From positions 25,879 through 89,878 of the forward strand of contig JBDRCT010000036.1 of NCBI GenBank assembly GCA_043821445.1: DNA of 64,000 bases, read 5' to 3'. The notes below the pieces were generated by a model. The model ran no database searches, was not told the origin of the DNA, and saw only the letters and a program-made list of their open reading frames with translations. Every line of letters begins with the position of its first letter. The first letter of the stretch is position 1. Shown one piece after another: positions 51,263 to 61,378 of this stretch. This DNA comes from Candidatus Omnitrophota bacterium (lineage in GTDB: Bacteria; Omnitrophota; Omnitrophia; Omnitrophales; Aquincolibacteriaceae). Made by a program: the position numbers and the translations under genes.

Positions 51263-52864
51263 ATGAAGAAGAGAAACTATCTGTTTTTGATATTAATAGT
51301 ATTAAGCTTTCATATTTTTCTGAACTATCAAATCCTGAAAAAAAGCAGCTTTTTCAGAGTGGAGGATGAAGGCGGCATCGTAGTGAACAGTTTGTTTTAT
51401 TACCGCGCGGTGTTCGCAGATAACACGACTAGTTTTAGTGATAAACTACATTATATTTTTGAATTGTATGGCAATTGCCACCCCCATCTTGTCGATCTTG
51501 CGGGGGCCCTCTCGTGGAAAATCTTATATTCACTCAAGCTTTTGGACATAGATTTAATGGTCCTGATGGTTAATTCTATATTTCTTCTTGTTTTGTTGAG
51601 CAGCGTCTATGGAATCGGTTCGATGGTTTTTAATAGAAACGTAGGTGTACTGTCTGCGGCGTTGGTTTCGATGTTCCCCGTGGTCTTCGGGCATTCAAGG
51701 GTGGCTATGTTGGATTTTCCTTTAATGTGCATGATCTCCCTTGGATTTTACTTGCTTCTAAAAACGAGAGGATTTAGCTCTGTCTCCTATAGCCTATTAG
51801 CGGGGATAGCGCTCGGCTTGTCGCAAGCGACCAAGGAGACAGCCTTTGTTTTCATCCTTGGCCCGCTTATTTATTATTCGATCAGAGCCTATCCGGCAAA
51901 CAACAAAAAGAGGGCGTTGTTGAATTTCGTTATGATGGCGACTTGTTTTTTTGCCGTATCGGCGATCATCTATCTCAGACCGGAAAATCTACACGTATTC
52001 AAAATATTTTTTGGAAAAATTACTTACATCAAAAGTCCCTTGAGTCCCTTTCATTACCTGTCTAATTTTATAGAAATGACGGGACCCCTTGTCTCAGTCA
52101 TAACGCTGCCCTTGCTGGCGCATTATCTGGTTAATATCAAGGGAAGAGATAAGTTTTTACTTATTTGGTTCATCATTCCGATCGCGTTGTTTAGCCTCTC
52201 TCAAAACAAAACCATAAGATTTCTTTTGCCAGTATTACCGGCCTTTGCCCTCATGGTGAGCAGCGAAGCGGACAAGATCAAACTGTCCAAGGAGTTTAAA
52301 AAAACAGTTTATGCCATGCTGATTTTAATCCCGATCGTTCAATTCGCATTTTTTAATACAGGTCTCTTAGACACAAAAATAAAAAGCATATACTTTGAAA
52401 CGGGTATTTTGCATGCTATAAAGGATGAACATCCGCCTGATTCGGTGAAATTGTTAGAAGTTTTTAATATGGAAGCGAAAATGAATAAAGGAGTGCCGAA
52501 AAAGGTGCTTTTTTTATTCAGCATCGGAAAAATTGGTTGGCCGTTCTGGTTGAATGTTGTTTTGCATCAACTGCCTTTCGATGTGGCGGATCATCTTCGG
52601 ACAGATGAAGCACAAGTGGTGGATAGTTATGGGATCGATTGGAATGAAAAAATTTTAGAAGCGGACTATATTATCGATAAGACAGGGTCTAAGCCCGGCT
52701 CGGACTGCGCAAAGCATATTTTAAAAGGGCTGGAAGATGGTTTTTCCAAACATAAGGGCCGGTTTGACTTGATTGCCAAAATAAAATTATCCTTTGATGG
52801 TTCCGTGATGTATGTTTATAGAAAATCGGAGAGCATAGGGCCGCAGACCGGCGTGAAGTCCTAG
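51263..52864 (+). CDS. AT-rich polytopic membrane protein, possibly GT-C glycosyltransferase-like (ArnT/PMT family)
   Basis: 533 aa with more than 10 predicted TM helices. Markedly AT-rich versus its GC-rich flanks. Soluble C-terminal domain. Confidence 0.35.
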   Translation: MKKRNYLFLILIVLSFHIFLNYQILKKSSFFRVEDEGGIVVNSLFYYRAVFADNTTSFSDKLHYIFELYGNCHPHLVDLAGALSWKILYSLKLLDIDLMVLMVNSIFLLVLLSSVYGIGSMVFNRNVGVLSAALVSMFPVVFGHSRVAMLDFPLMCMISLGFYLLLKTRGFSSVSYSLLAGIALGLSQATKETAFVFILGPLIYYSIRAYPANNKKRALLNFVMMATCFFAVSAIIYLRPENLHVFKIFFGKITYIKSPLSPFHYLSNFIEMTGPLVSVITLPLLAHYLVNIKGRDKFLLIWFIIPIALFSLSQNKTIRFLLPVLPAFALMVSSEADKIKLSKEFKKTVYAMLILIPIVQFAFFNTGLLDTKIKSIYFETGILHAIKDEHPPDSVKLLEVFNMEAKMNKGVPKKVLFLFSIGKIGWPFWLNVVLHQLPFDVADHLRTDEAQVVDSYGIDWNEKILEADYIIDKTGSKPGSDCAKHILKGLEDGFSKHKGRFDLIAKIKLSFDGSVMYVYRKSESIGPQTGVKS

Positions 52865-53055
52865 AATGGTGCGGGATATGGTCTGCGAAAACACGGATCT
52901 CGAGTTTTCATTTACGCGAGTTTTCGAGCAGATATACTAAGGATCCCATCCCGCAGGGATATTCAGCCGTTTTTCGGACCTGCCTGCAAGAGACGCCTGA
53001 GTGAGAGCGACGATTTTCACGCGAAACGGAATATTATGAAACGGAAAAATAGAGA

Positions 53056-54264
53056 ATGAACAAGCGACGCGTGGTAGTCACGGGCATGGGGGTTCTTTCT
53101 CCGATAGGGAACACGCTTGCGGAGTTCCGTGAGAACCTTAAAAAAGGCGTCTCCGGGAAGGAGAATGCAGACCGCTCCATCGTCGAAGGATATGAGTTTC
53201 CTCCGATCTTTCCTCTCAAGGGCTTCAACCCGCGTCCCTACGGGACGCATCTCCTGGATCCCTTCATTCAATACGCCGTCGCGGCCGCTGAACAGGCGGT
53301 CACCGATGCCCGATTCGATGTTGCTGCCGTAGACCCTTACGATATCGCGCTTTCCATTAGCTCCAGCAAAGGGGGCGTCCACAGCCTCGGGCGGTTCAAG
53401 GAGCGTTTCCTGAGAAATCCCAGCGCGATCCTAGGCGCAAGAATGTACACCAGCGCCGTGCCGAATTTTGCCGATCAATGGATCGCCCGGCGCATGAAGA
53501 TCCAGGGACCCGCCAAGTGTTACGTGGCTGCGTGTGCAACAGGGACCGTGGCCATCGTCCAGGGGTTCCGTATGGTTTCCGAAGGGCAGGCGGAGTATTG
53601 CCTTGCTGGAGCAACGGACGCCTCTATCACGCCGCTTATGCTAGGAGGCTACAACAATATGAGAGCGCTTGCAGCTAAAGATATCCGCCCATTCGACAAA
53701 AGACGCGACGGATTTCTTGTGGGCGAAGGCGCGGGCGTGGTCTTCCTTGAAACGCTGGAAAGCGCGCGGGCGCGCGGCGCAAAGATCTACGGTGAGATCG
53801 TCGAGGCCGCCTACGGTCAAGACAGCAAACAGCCGATCCACTTTGATCTTACGGAGCACGCTCTGTCCTACACGCTGGGGGTTCTTATCAAGAGGGCCGG
53901 GATCACGCCGCGGGAGATCGACTATGTGAATCTGCACGGCACAGGCACGAAGTACGGGGATCTTTATGAAACGTCAGAGCTTAAAGAAGCGTTCGGGGAG
54001 CAGGCTTACGGGATCCCTATGAGTTCGACCAAAGGTTCGACTGGGCACATGCTCGGCGCAACGGGTGCCGTTGAGATCATCGCGACGCTCCTGGGGATCC
54101 AAGAAGGCTTCATCCCGCCGACGGTGGGACTTGAAGAAAAGGACCCGGCATGCGACCTTGACTATACGCCCGGGAATATGCGCCGTCATACGATCACGAA
54201 CGCCGTCAAGGTCTCCATGGGTTTCGGAGGGCAGGTCGCTGCCGCTCTTTTCAGAAAAGTCTGA
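53056..54264 (+). CDS. Beta-ketoacyl-ACP synthase (KAS I/II, FabF-like)
   Basis: RVVVTGMGVLSPIGN start. Active-site Cys region AACATG and HGTGT/GHMLGA His motifs. Confidence 0.85.
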   Translation: MNKRRVVVTGMGVLSPIGNTLAEFRENLKKGVSGKENADRSIVEGYEFPPIFPLKGFNPRPYGTHLLDPFIQYAVAAAEQAVTDARFDVAAVDPYDIALSISSSKGGVHSLGRFKERFLRNPSAILGARMYTSAVPNFADQWIARRMKIQGPAKCYVAACATGTVAIVQGFRMVSEGQAEYCLAGATDASITPLMLGGYNNMRALAAKDIRPFDKRRDGFLVGEGAGVVFLETLESARARGAKIYGEIVEAAYGQDSKQPIHFDLTEHALSYTLGVLIKRAGITPREIDYVNLHGTGTKYGDLYETSELKEAFGEQAYGIPMSSTKGSTGHMLGATGAVEIIATLLGIQEGFIPPTVGLEEKDPACDLDYTPGNMRRHTITNAVKVSMGFGGQVAAALFRKV

Positions 54265-54312
54265 TCTTTTAAGTTGGTTTCTAATCGTAGGGTGAGCGCC
54301 TTTCGAGGGGGA

Positions 54313-55470
54313 ATGGAAAACTTATTTTCTCAAGAACTCAAATCCTTAAAAGAAAAAAACCTTTTTCGCCGTCTTCGCGTTTTGGAAGACCTTAAGGGCA
54401 CGCACGCGACATTCGAAGGGCGGAGACTCCTTCTCTTTTGCAGCAACGACTACCTGGGACTTAGCCGACATCTCCGCGTGGTCCGGGCCGCCCAAAAAGC
54501 GCTCAAGACTTACGGTGTGGGCGCGGGTGCGGCGCGACTTATCTCAGGGACCTCGAAGGCGCACGCCGTCCTTGAAAAGAAACTAGCGCAGATCAAAGGA
54601 AAAGAAAACGCACTAGTCTTTGCTTCTGGATTTCTCGCGAATCTCGGCATTCTGACCGCGTTTGCCGGCGAGAAAGACACTATCATTATGGACAAGCTTT
54701 GCCACGCGTCGCTCGTTGACGGTGCCCGGCTCTCGAAAGCCGAGCTTCGTGTATTTCCGCATAAAAATTATAAGAAATGCGAAGAACTTCTCCGCGGTTC
54801 GCAGAGCGCGAGGCGGCGGATCCTCGTGACCGAAACGGTGTTCAGCATGGACGGCGACCTGGCGGACCTTAAAGAACTTGTCCGCTTGAAAAAAAGATAT
54901 AACGCATTGCTTGTCGCTGACGATGCGCATGGTACGGGGGTTCTGGGAAAGCATGGCCGCGGTATGACCGAAGACGGGAATCTTTCAAAAAAGATCGATA
55001 TCATTATGGGGACGCTTTCAAAAGCTCTCGGCGGTCTCGGGGGATTTATCGCCGCAGACAAAGGCATAGTAGATTATCTGGTGAATTTCGCGAGGCCGTT
55101 CATCTTTGCGACCGCGCTCCCGCCCCTTCTTTGTGAGGCCGCGCACGAGGCGCTCTGCGTCGTCGAGGAAGAACCCGTGTTAAGGAAAAGACTTTGGGAC
55201 AATATCCATCAAGTTTATCAAGGGCTCGCGGGGCTTGGGCTTTCGATCGGAAAGCCCGAATCCGCGATCCTTCCGGTGATAATAGGCGACGAAGGAAAAG
55301 CGATGGAGGTCTTCGAAAAACTTCTTGCGCACGGGGTCTTCATTCCTGCCGTGCGTTATCCAACCGTTCCCAAGGGAAAGGCCCGGCTGAGGATCACCGT
55401 TTCCGCGGCGCATACCCGTCAAGACATCGCAAAGTTAATCGCGGCATTTATAAAAGCCATAGAACAATAA
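54313..55470 (+). CDS. bioF: 8-amino-7-oxononanoate synthase
   Basis: SNDYLGLS motif and PLP-lysine region TLSKALGG. 386 aa. Confidence 0.85.
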   Translation: MENLFSQELKSLKEKNLFRRLRVLEDLKGTHATFEGRRLLLFCSNDYLGLSRHLRVVRAAQKALKTYGVGAGAARLISGTSKAHAVLEKKLAQIKGKENALVFASGFLANLGILTAFAGEKDTIIMDKLCHASLVDGARLSKAELRVFPHKNYKKCEELLRGSQSARRRILVTETVFSMDGDLADLKELVRLKKRYNALLVADDAHGTGVLGKHGRGMTEDGNLSKKIDIIMGTLSKALGGLGGFIAADKGIVDYLVNFARPFIFATALPPLLCEAAHEALCVVEEEPVLRKRLWDNIHQVYQGLAGLGLSIGKPESAILPVIIGDEGKAMEVFEKLLAHGVFIPAVRYPTVPKGKARLRITVSAAHTRQDIAKLIAAFIKAIEQ

Positions 55471-55478
55471 AAACCCCG

Positions 55479-56840
55479 ATGCGAAACAAAGAGAAGAGAA
55501 CAGACAGACTGATCGCTAAAGACCGAAAGCATCTTTGGCACCCCTTCACCCAAATGAAAGAATGGCAGACCGACGAGGTAGTGGTCATTGAAAAGGGGGA
55601 GGGCCGCTATCTCATTGACACCGAAGGGCGGAAATATCTCGACGGGGTGTCGTCGCTTTGGTGCAATGTTCATGGGCATCGGGTCAAAGAACTCGACCGG
55701 GCGATCGAAAAACAGCTTAAAAAAATTTCCCACAGCACATTTCTCGGGCTTACCCATCCGACAGCGATCGAGTTGGCCGAAAAGCTCATCGCGATCGCTC
55801 CCAAAGGGCTTACCCGTGTTTTTTACTCCGACTCCGGATCCGAGGCCGTAGAGATCGCGCTTAAAATGGCGTTCCAATATTGGGCTCAAAAAGAATGTCC
55901 CGGAAAGAAAAAATTCGCGCGGCTTGTGAACGCCTATCACGGCGACACGCTCGGGTCCGTGAGCGTCGGCGGGATAAACCTTTTTCACCGGATCTATAAG
56001 CCGCTTCTTTTTGAAACGATTGCGATCCCGTCACCGTACCGCTATCGCTGGGAAACGGGCAGCGCTCCGGAAAAAGCGAAAGAAGAGGCGCTGGGGGCGA
56101 TGAAAAAAATTTTGCGAGAACATCACGCGGAGCTTGCCGCATTCGTCATGGAGCCGCTGATGCAAGGCGCCGCGGGGATGATTGATCAGCCGGCGGGATA
56201 CATTTCCCGTGCCAGAGAGCTGACGCGAAAGTATAATACGCTCTTGATCTTTGACGAGGTTGCGACGGGGTTCGGGCGGACCGGGAAAATGTTCGCGGCG
56301 GATCACGAAAACATAACACCCGATATCATGGCGATCGCCAAAGGCATCACCGGCGGCTATCTCCCTCTTGCCGCAACGCTTGCGACCGAGGAGATCTACG
56401 GCGCGTTCTTGGGCCGCTACGAAGAATTTAAAACGTTCTTCCACGGCCACACCTATACGGCGAACCCGCTGGCCTGCGCTGCGGCGATCGCGAATCTCGC
56501 GCTTTTTGAAAAACAAAAAACGCTGGCGAAGCTACAACCTAAGATCCGGTTTATTCAAAAACGCCTCAAAGATTTTTATAAACTTAAGTGTGTCGGCGAT
56601 ATCCGGCAATGCGGCATGATGGTCGGGATCGAACTTGTTCGCGATCCAAAAACAAAAGAAACTTTTAGTCCGAAGGAAAAGATCGGCATGCGCGTGGTCG
56701 AACGGGCCCGCAAGAAAGGCGCCATCCTCCGCCCGCTGGGTCCGGTGATCGTTCTTATGCCGCCGCTTGGGATGACGGAAAAAGAGCTCAACCGTTTGTT
56801 GGACATTACTTACGAATCCATTAAGGAAGTGACGGAATGA
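55479..56840 (+). CDS. bioA: Adenosylmethionine-8-amino-7-oxononanoate aminotransferase
   Basis: Class III aminotransferase. HLWHPFTQ N-terminal motif, DEVATGFGRTG and the PLP-Lys region. Confidence 0.85.
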   Translation: MRNKEKRTDRLIAKDRKHLWHPFTQMKEWQTDEVVVIEKGEGRYLIDTEGRKYLDGVSSLWCNVHGHRVKELDRAIEKQLKKISHSTFLGLTHPTAIELAEKLIAIAPKGLTRVFYSDSGSEAVEIALKMAFQYWAQKECPGKKKFARLVNAYHGDTLGSVSVGGINLFHRIYKPLLFETIAIPSPYRYRWETGSAPEKAKEEALGAMKKILREHHAELAAFVMEPLMQGAAGMIDQPAGYISRARELTRKYNTLLIFDEVATGFGRTGKMFAADHENITPDIMAIAKGITGGYLPLAATLATEEIYGAFLGRYEEFKTFFHGHTYTANPLACAAAIANLALFEKQKTLAKLQPKIRFIQKRLKDFYKLKCVGDIRQCGMMVGIELVRDPKTKETFSPKEKIGMRVVERARKKGAILRPLGPVIVLMPPLGMTEKELNRLLDITYESIKEVTE

Positions 56841-56928
56841 ATATTGAGGGCACAACGCACAACGCACAACGTGCAACGAAAAAGTTTCTTCGTTGTGCGT
56901 TGCCCGTTGCCCGTTGCGCGAGGTTTTT

Positions 56929-57666
56929 ATGAAGTCAGGCATCTTTATTACTGGAACGGACACGGATGTCGGAAAAACAGTGATTTCCGCCGGCCTCGCG
57001 CTTGTCCTTCGGGATCGCGGACTAAAAATCGGTGTCATGAAGCCCGTGGCGACTGGCTGTTATGGTGGCGATGGGCGGCTTGTCTCACAGGATGCGGCAT
57101 TCCTGATGGAAGCCGCCCAGAACGAATACCCGCCGCTTATGAGTCCGTCGCGTTTTCGCAACGCTCTTTCGCCGAACGTCGCGGCCACCCTCGAAAAAAG
57201 AGAAGTGGATGTTCCCAACATTCTTAAAAGTTACCGCACACTTCAAAAACACTATGACTTCATGATCATTGAAGGCGTGGGAGGGCTTATGGTTCCCCTC
57301 AAAAAGGATTATTATGTGGCCAATCTCATTCGCGATATGGGGTTGCCTATCGTGATCGTGTCGTATGCGGGGCTTGGCGCGATCAATCACACGTTGCTTA
57401 CCGTGGACGCGGCCAGGATCCGGGGACTGGAAGTGCGCGGCATTATCTTTAACCGTGTTTCCGTAACGAATTACTCGTTGGCCGAGCTTACAAATCCAAA
57501 GGTCATTCACGATCTTTCCGGCGTTCCGATCCTTGGCAGTTTGCCTAATATTGAGGGGCTCAACATGGACAACTGCCAATTCGGAAGGCTCAAGGAGATC
57601 TTTCAAGAACGCATCCGGATCGACAAGATCGCGGGAAATTCTGCCGGCGTCATTCCTTCCCCGTGA
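56929..57666 (+). CDS. bioD: Dethiobiotin synthetase
   Basis: GIFITGTDTDVGKTVISAGLA P-loop. About 245 aa. Confidence 0.85.
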   Translation: MKSGIFITGTDTDVGKTVISAGLALVLRDRGLKIGVMKPVATGCYGGDGRLVSQDAAFLMEAAQNEYPPLMSPSRFRNALSPNVAATLEKREVDVPNILKSYRTLQKHYDFMIIEGVGGLMVPLKKDYYVANLIRDMGLPIVIVSYAGLGAINHTLLTVDAARIRGLEVRGIIFNRVSVTNYSLAELTNPKVIHDLSGVPILGSLPNIEGLNMDNCQFGRLKEIFQERIRIDKIAGNSAGVIPSP

Positions 57667-57724
57667 TCCGAAAGGAACACCAACCTTGTCCAAACGGTCC
57701 CAGCACTTAACCATTTCAGCCAAG

Positions 57725-59068
57725 TTGGAGTCGGGAGCGCCCAGGCCGCCGTTCAAAAAAAGCAAGGAAAGACCTGGACGGAAAGCCATCGGCATTCGGC
57801 TTGAAAGAAAAAAAGACGCAAGTTTACTAGGTTTCAATCTTAAACGTCCTTACCCGCCCGAAAAAATCCGCATTCCCATTCCCGCCCTTGCGAAGCCATG
57901 CGTTAAAGTTGGCCAAACGGTTCAGACCGGGCAAAAGATCGCGGAAACACAAGGACCGGAAGGGGTGAACCTTCATGCCGGAATGCCCGGTACGGTAGCA
58001 AAAATAGGGGTTTTTCCAAGCGCGGCGGGTTCTGGAAAAAGGATGATCGAAATCCATAAACACGGAGAGTCCAAAGCCCTTCCGCCGGCGGAGGCGCGCA
58101 AAGGATGGGACGAGATCTCGGCAGAAGAACTCCCGAGGATCTTTCAAAATTCCGGGCTTGTGACTACGGATCCGCTCATGGAACCTGTCCACGTTAAGCT
58201 TGGGCGGTATGCCGGGGCGAGAACGATCATCATCAACGGTTGTGAGCCAGAACCTTATGTGACCTGCGAACAAACACTCATCCTGTCTCATTCCTTGGAA
58301 ATTTTAAAAGGCGCCGGATTACTCAAAAAAGCTCTTCGCGCCGAAAAGATTCTTTTCGCTTTCGAGAATTGCAACCTCGAGATGATCGAGCTGATCAAGA
58401 GCAAGATTTACTTTTTGAAATGGGAGCATGTGGAGGTCCGGACCGTGCCCGCGCTCCATCCCCAAGGACTGGAAAGCACGTTGCTTCAGGCCTGGTTTCC
58501 GGAAGCGGAAGACGAGGCCATTGTTTTTCCGGCGTCCACGGCATTCGCGGTTTACGAAGCGGTGGTGCAACAGAAACCTTTTTATGAAAGGGTCGTGACC
58601 GTGGGCGGCGAATGCGTGGTCGAGCCGCGGAGCCTTTGGTTGCCGATCGGAATTTCTTTCCACGATGCGCTTCACGCTTGTAAAGGGGTCATGCGCGAAC
58701 CTCAAACCATCCTGATGGGTGGACCCATGGCCGGAGAGACGCAGACGACGACGGAGGTTCCCGTCATGGCCGGGACGAACGCTATTCTTGCGCTTCCCGA
58801 AGAGATCGCAAAAGAAGAAACGGAGGCCTCGACGAGGGAGCCGTGCATCCGCTGCAATCTTTGCGTTGACCATTGCCCCGTTTTGCTTTCGCCTGCGATG
58901 ATCACGTTAGCTGCGGAGCAAAAAGAATTTGCCACTGCGGAAGAATGGAATGCCATGGAGTGCATAGAATGCGGAAATTGCGCCTATGTATGTCCCTCCA
59001 AACGGCCGATGCTGAGGCTGATCCGCTCAGCCCGCACTCTTTCGAATCCGGCGGTGGCTTATGGCTGA
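57725..59068 (+). CDS. RnfC-like electron-transport subunit (two 4Fe-4S ferredoxin motifs; degenerate NADH-binding glycine motif); start uncertain
   Basis: IIINGCEPEPYVTCEQ, MGGPMAGE, CIRCNLCVDHCP and CIECGNCAYVCP align with RnfC. The GLGGAGFPT NADH motif is replaced by GLVTTDPLMEP. No ATG lies near the expected N-terminus (TTG at 57686 or 57725). Confidence 0.6.
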   Translation: MESGAPRPPFKKSKERPGRKAIGIRLERKKDASLLGFNLKRPYPPEKIRIPIPALAKPCVKVGQTVQTGQKIAETQGPEGVNLHAGMPGTVAKIGVFPSAAGSGKRMIEIHKHGESKALPPAEARKGWDEISAEELPRIFQNSGLVTTDPLMEPVHVKLGRYAGARTIIINGCEPEPYVTCEQTLILSHSLEILKGAGLLKKALRAEKILFAFENCNLEMIELIKSKIYFLKWEHVEVRTVPALHPQGLESTLLQAWFPEAEDEAIVFPASTAFAVYEAVVQQKPFYERVVTVGGECVVEPRSLWLPIGISFHDALHACKGVMREPQTILMGGPMAGETQTTTEVPVMAGTNAILALPEEIAKEETEASTREPCIRCNLCVDHCPVLLSPAMITLAAEQKEFATAEEWNAMECIECGNCAYVCPSKRPMLRLIRSARTLSNPAVAYG

Positions 59069-59918
59069 AACGAAAACATTTTTTTATAGAACGGCTCTGC
59101 CGCCGCACATTCATTCCTCGGATTCTTTAGCCAGACGGTATTGGGGGCAGCTCGTCGCACTTATACCCGTTTTTGTGACAGCCTGTCTTGCTGGACGCGC
59201 GGAAATTCTTCGCATTTTTTTAATCTGTCTGGTGAGCACGACCGCGTTCGAATTCCTGGCGACAAAGCTTTTCCGGAAAAAAGAAAGTTTGCAAAACGGT
59301 GAAGCCGTGCTTGCCGCGGCCCTTTTTTCGCTGCTCATGCCCTCGAGATGTCCCTCCGAAGTCGTGGTGCTCGGTGTTTTTACGGCGGTCTTTGTCGCCA
59401 AAGAGCTTTTTGGCGGCGCAGGCTCCTATCCTTTGCACCCACTTTTTTTAGCGCGCATATTTTTAAAACTCTGTTTCCCCAAAGTCATGTCGGAACCGAT
59501 GCTTCTGGTTGACAGCAGCGTCTGGACGTTTGCGGGTCTTGGTCTCGGCGGGATCATTCTTCTCAAACAAAAACAAGGCTACTGGGAAACGCCCGCTCTC
59601 TTCATGTCCGTTTGCTTTGTCTGCGAAGCTTTGTTCGGAGGGCAAGGGACGCCAGCCACCTTTTTCAGCGGCGTTCTTTTGACGTCTTTTTTTCTTTTAG
59701 CGGATCCCGTGACCTTGCCCTTGACGCGCAAGGGGACGGCCTTTTTCATCCTTGGCGCGGCGCTTTTAAGCTCGAGGCTCAACCCGGAGGGATTCTCGAT
59801 CCTGTCGGCGGGATATGCAATTCTTCTGATGAATCTTCTGACGCCCTGGCTGGACGTCTGGCTCAAACCCATTCCCTACAAAACGAAACATCCGCTCAAA
59901 GCGACTTGGTCAACATGA
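59061..59918 (+). CDS. RnfD/NqrB-like membrane subunit
   Basis: ELFGGAGSYPLHPLFLARIF resembles the RnfD GG.G.NP.NPA motif. Polytopic, 285 aa. 4-nt overlap with the preceding gene. Confidence 0.55.
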   Translation: MAETKTFFYRTALPPHIHSSDSLARRYWGQLVALIPVFVTACLAGRAEILRIFLICLVSTTAFEFLATKLFRKKESLQNGEAVLAAALFSLLMPSRCPSEVVVLGVFTAVFVAKELFGGAGSYPLHPLFLARIFLKLCFPKVMSEPMLLVDSSVWTFAGLGLGGIILLKQKQGYWETPALFMSVCFVCEALFGGQGTPATFFSGVLLTSFFLLADPVTLPLTRKGTAFFILGAALLSSRLNPEGFSILSAGYAILLMNLLTPWLDVWLKPIPYKTKHPLKATWST

Positions 59919-60053
59919 GCGCCAAAAAAATAAAGGCTTGGACAGTTCTAGCATTGAAATATCTGTTTTTTGTGTTTTTCCTCGGACTGCTTGCCGCGAT
60001 CCTTTACGCAGCGCAGCTGCTGGGGAGCTAAAAAGCATGGGATCCTGGTCCAG

Positions 60054-60665
60054 ATGAAACTGCCCGAAAGGCTTTTTTCAAGAATGTTTTTAGCCTATCT
60101 TCCATTCATGGTCTATCCCTACGGTTTTTTCAAGGCCGGCGTTGCGGCGCTTTGGATCGTCGCGTTCCTTTGGGGCACGGTCTCTTTTTTCTGGTTTACC
60201 CGACGCTTTTTCCCCGACCATCTTTTGAAGCACGCCTTTTTCCTTTGGCTTGTCGTGTGGGCGCAAGCCATGTGGACGCTCACGAAGCTACCGCCCTACT
60301 GGATCGTGAGCGTTTTCTTTCTGACCCCGGTCTCCTTTCTCGATGATACAGCGAAAGCCAGCCATGTCCGCGTTTTTTCTAAAAAAGTGCCGCGATATTT
60401 TTTTGAGAGGGTCCTGACAGGAATCAGCTTTGCGGGTTTCGTGATGCTGTTGGCGCTTGTTCGGGAGATCGGGGAAAACAATCTTGGAATAAGAGCGTTC
60501 GAACAGCCAGCCGGTATGTTGCTTGTGGCCGCGGCCGTTGCTTTTTTATGGAAAAATCAACCCTATCGCAGGCGGTCCCAAGACCCATCAATCGAAGCGG
60601 AGCGGAGATTGGGGCCGTCCGAATCACCATTAATGAAAAGAAAACGAAGACTTGAAAGGGGATAA
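60054..60665 (+). CDS. Polytopic membrane protein with RnfE/RnfA-like C-terminal motif (LALVREIGENNLG)
   Basis: Multiple TM helices. LVREIGEN resembles the conserved LREIIGNG of RnfA/E. The N-terminus does not match. Confidence 0.35.
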   Translation: MKLPERLFSRMFLAYLPFMVYPYGFFKAGVAALWIVAFLWGTVSFFWFTRRFFPDHLLKHAFFLWLVVWAQAMWTLTKLPPYWIVSVFFLTPVSFLDDTAKASHVRVFSKKVPRYFFERVLTGISFAGFVMLLALVREIGENNLGIRAFEQPAGMLLVAAAVAFLWKNQPYRRRSQDPSIEAERRLGPSESPLMKRKRRLERG

Positions 60666-60666
60666 A

Positions 60667-61173
60667 ATGTATTTCTTGATCATCACCTTCAGTTTTTTGC
60701 TGGCGATGCGCGGCGCGAGGCACATGCCTCTCCAAAGACCCGCCGAGGGCCTCAGGCGCATTGTTCGCGAAGCCACGGATTTTTTTCTCACAATGAGTTT
60801 GATCCTCGCGCTTTTGGCGGTTGCCGCAGCATTCGAAGAAATTCGGACTGGCGCCCGGGACTACGCAATCTTGGGCTGCGGAATAGCGGCCTATCTGCTC
60901 TCGCGTCATCAGAAAAAAACGGATGTTTTCTTCCTTGCCGTGACGGCAAGTATTTTTATGATCGGTTCAAAACAACACGCTCTTTTGCAGGGAATCTTGC
61001 TGGCGGGGGTCGTCAGCGCGGGAACAGCGCTTTTTCAAGCCTGTTTTCTGGGCTTGAGATACAGACTTCTTTTTTCGTCCGTGCCGGCCTCCATGAAAGG
61101 ATGGCCAAGCCTGTGTCTTTTGGCCGGATTTATTTCTATGGTTTTATGGGGCCTCTGGGATTCGGCTTTCTAA
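60667..61173 (+). CDS. Polytopic membrane protein (168 aa), unknown; final gene of the Rnf-like cluster
   Basis: Four to five hydrophobic helices. ATG overlaps the stop of the preceding gene. Confidence 0.35.
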   Translation: MYFLIITFSFLLAMRGARHMPLQRPAEGLRRIVREATDFFLTMSLILALLAVAAAFEEIRTGARDYAILGCGIAAYLLSRHQKKTDVFFLAVTASIFMIGSKQHALLQGILLAGVVSAGTALFQACFLGLRYRLLFSSVPASMKGWPSLCLLAGFISMVLWGLWDSAF

Positions 61174-61378
61174 GGTTTTTGTTTGCGAAATCGACAATAG
61201 CGAGAAGAAAAAACTTGTCCCAACGAATTTGTTTTCACCCCGTTAGGAATTAGTGAGATAATACTCAATCAGTGTGGGGTCGGTTTAAAAAAGCTTTGAA
61301 ATAAATTGTAAACACGGAAAACGCGAAAATGTTTCTGAAAAACACTTCCCCTCTCTCATGGGACAAAGGAGCTTTCTC

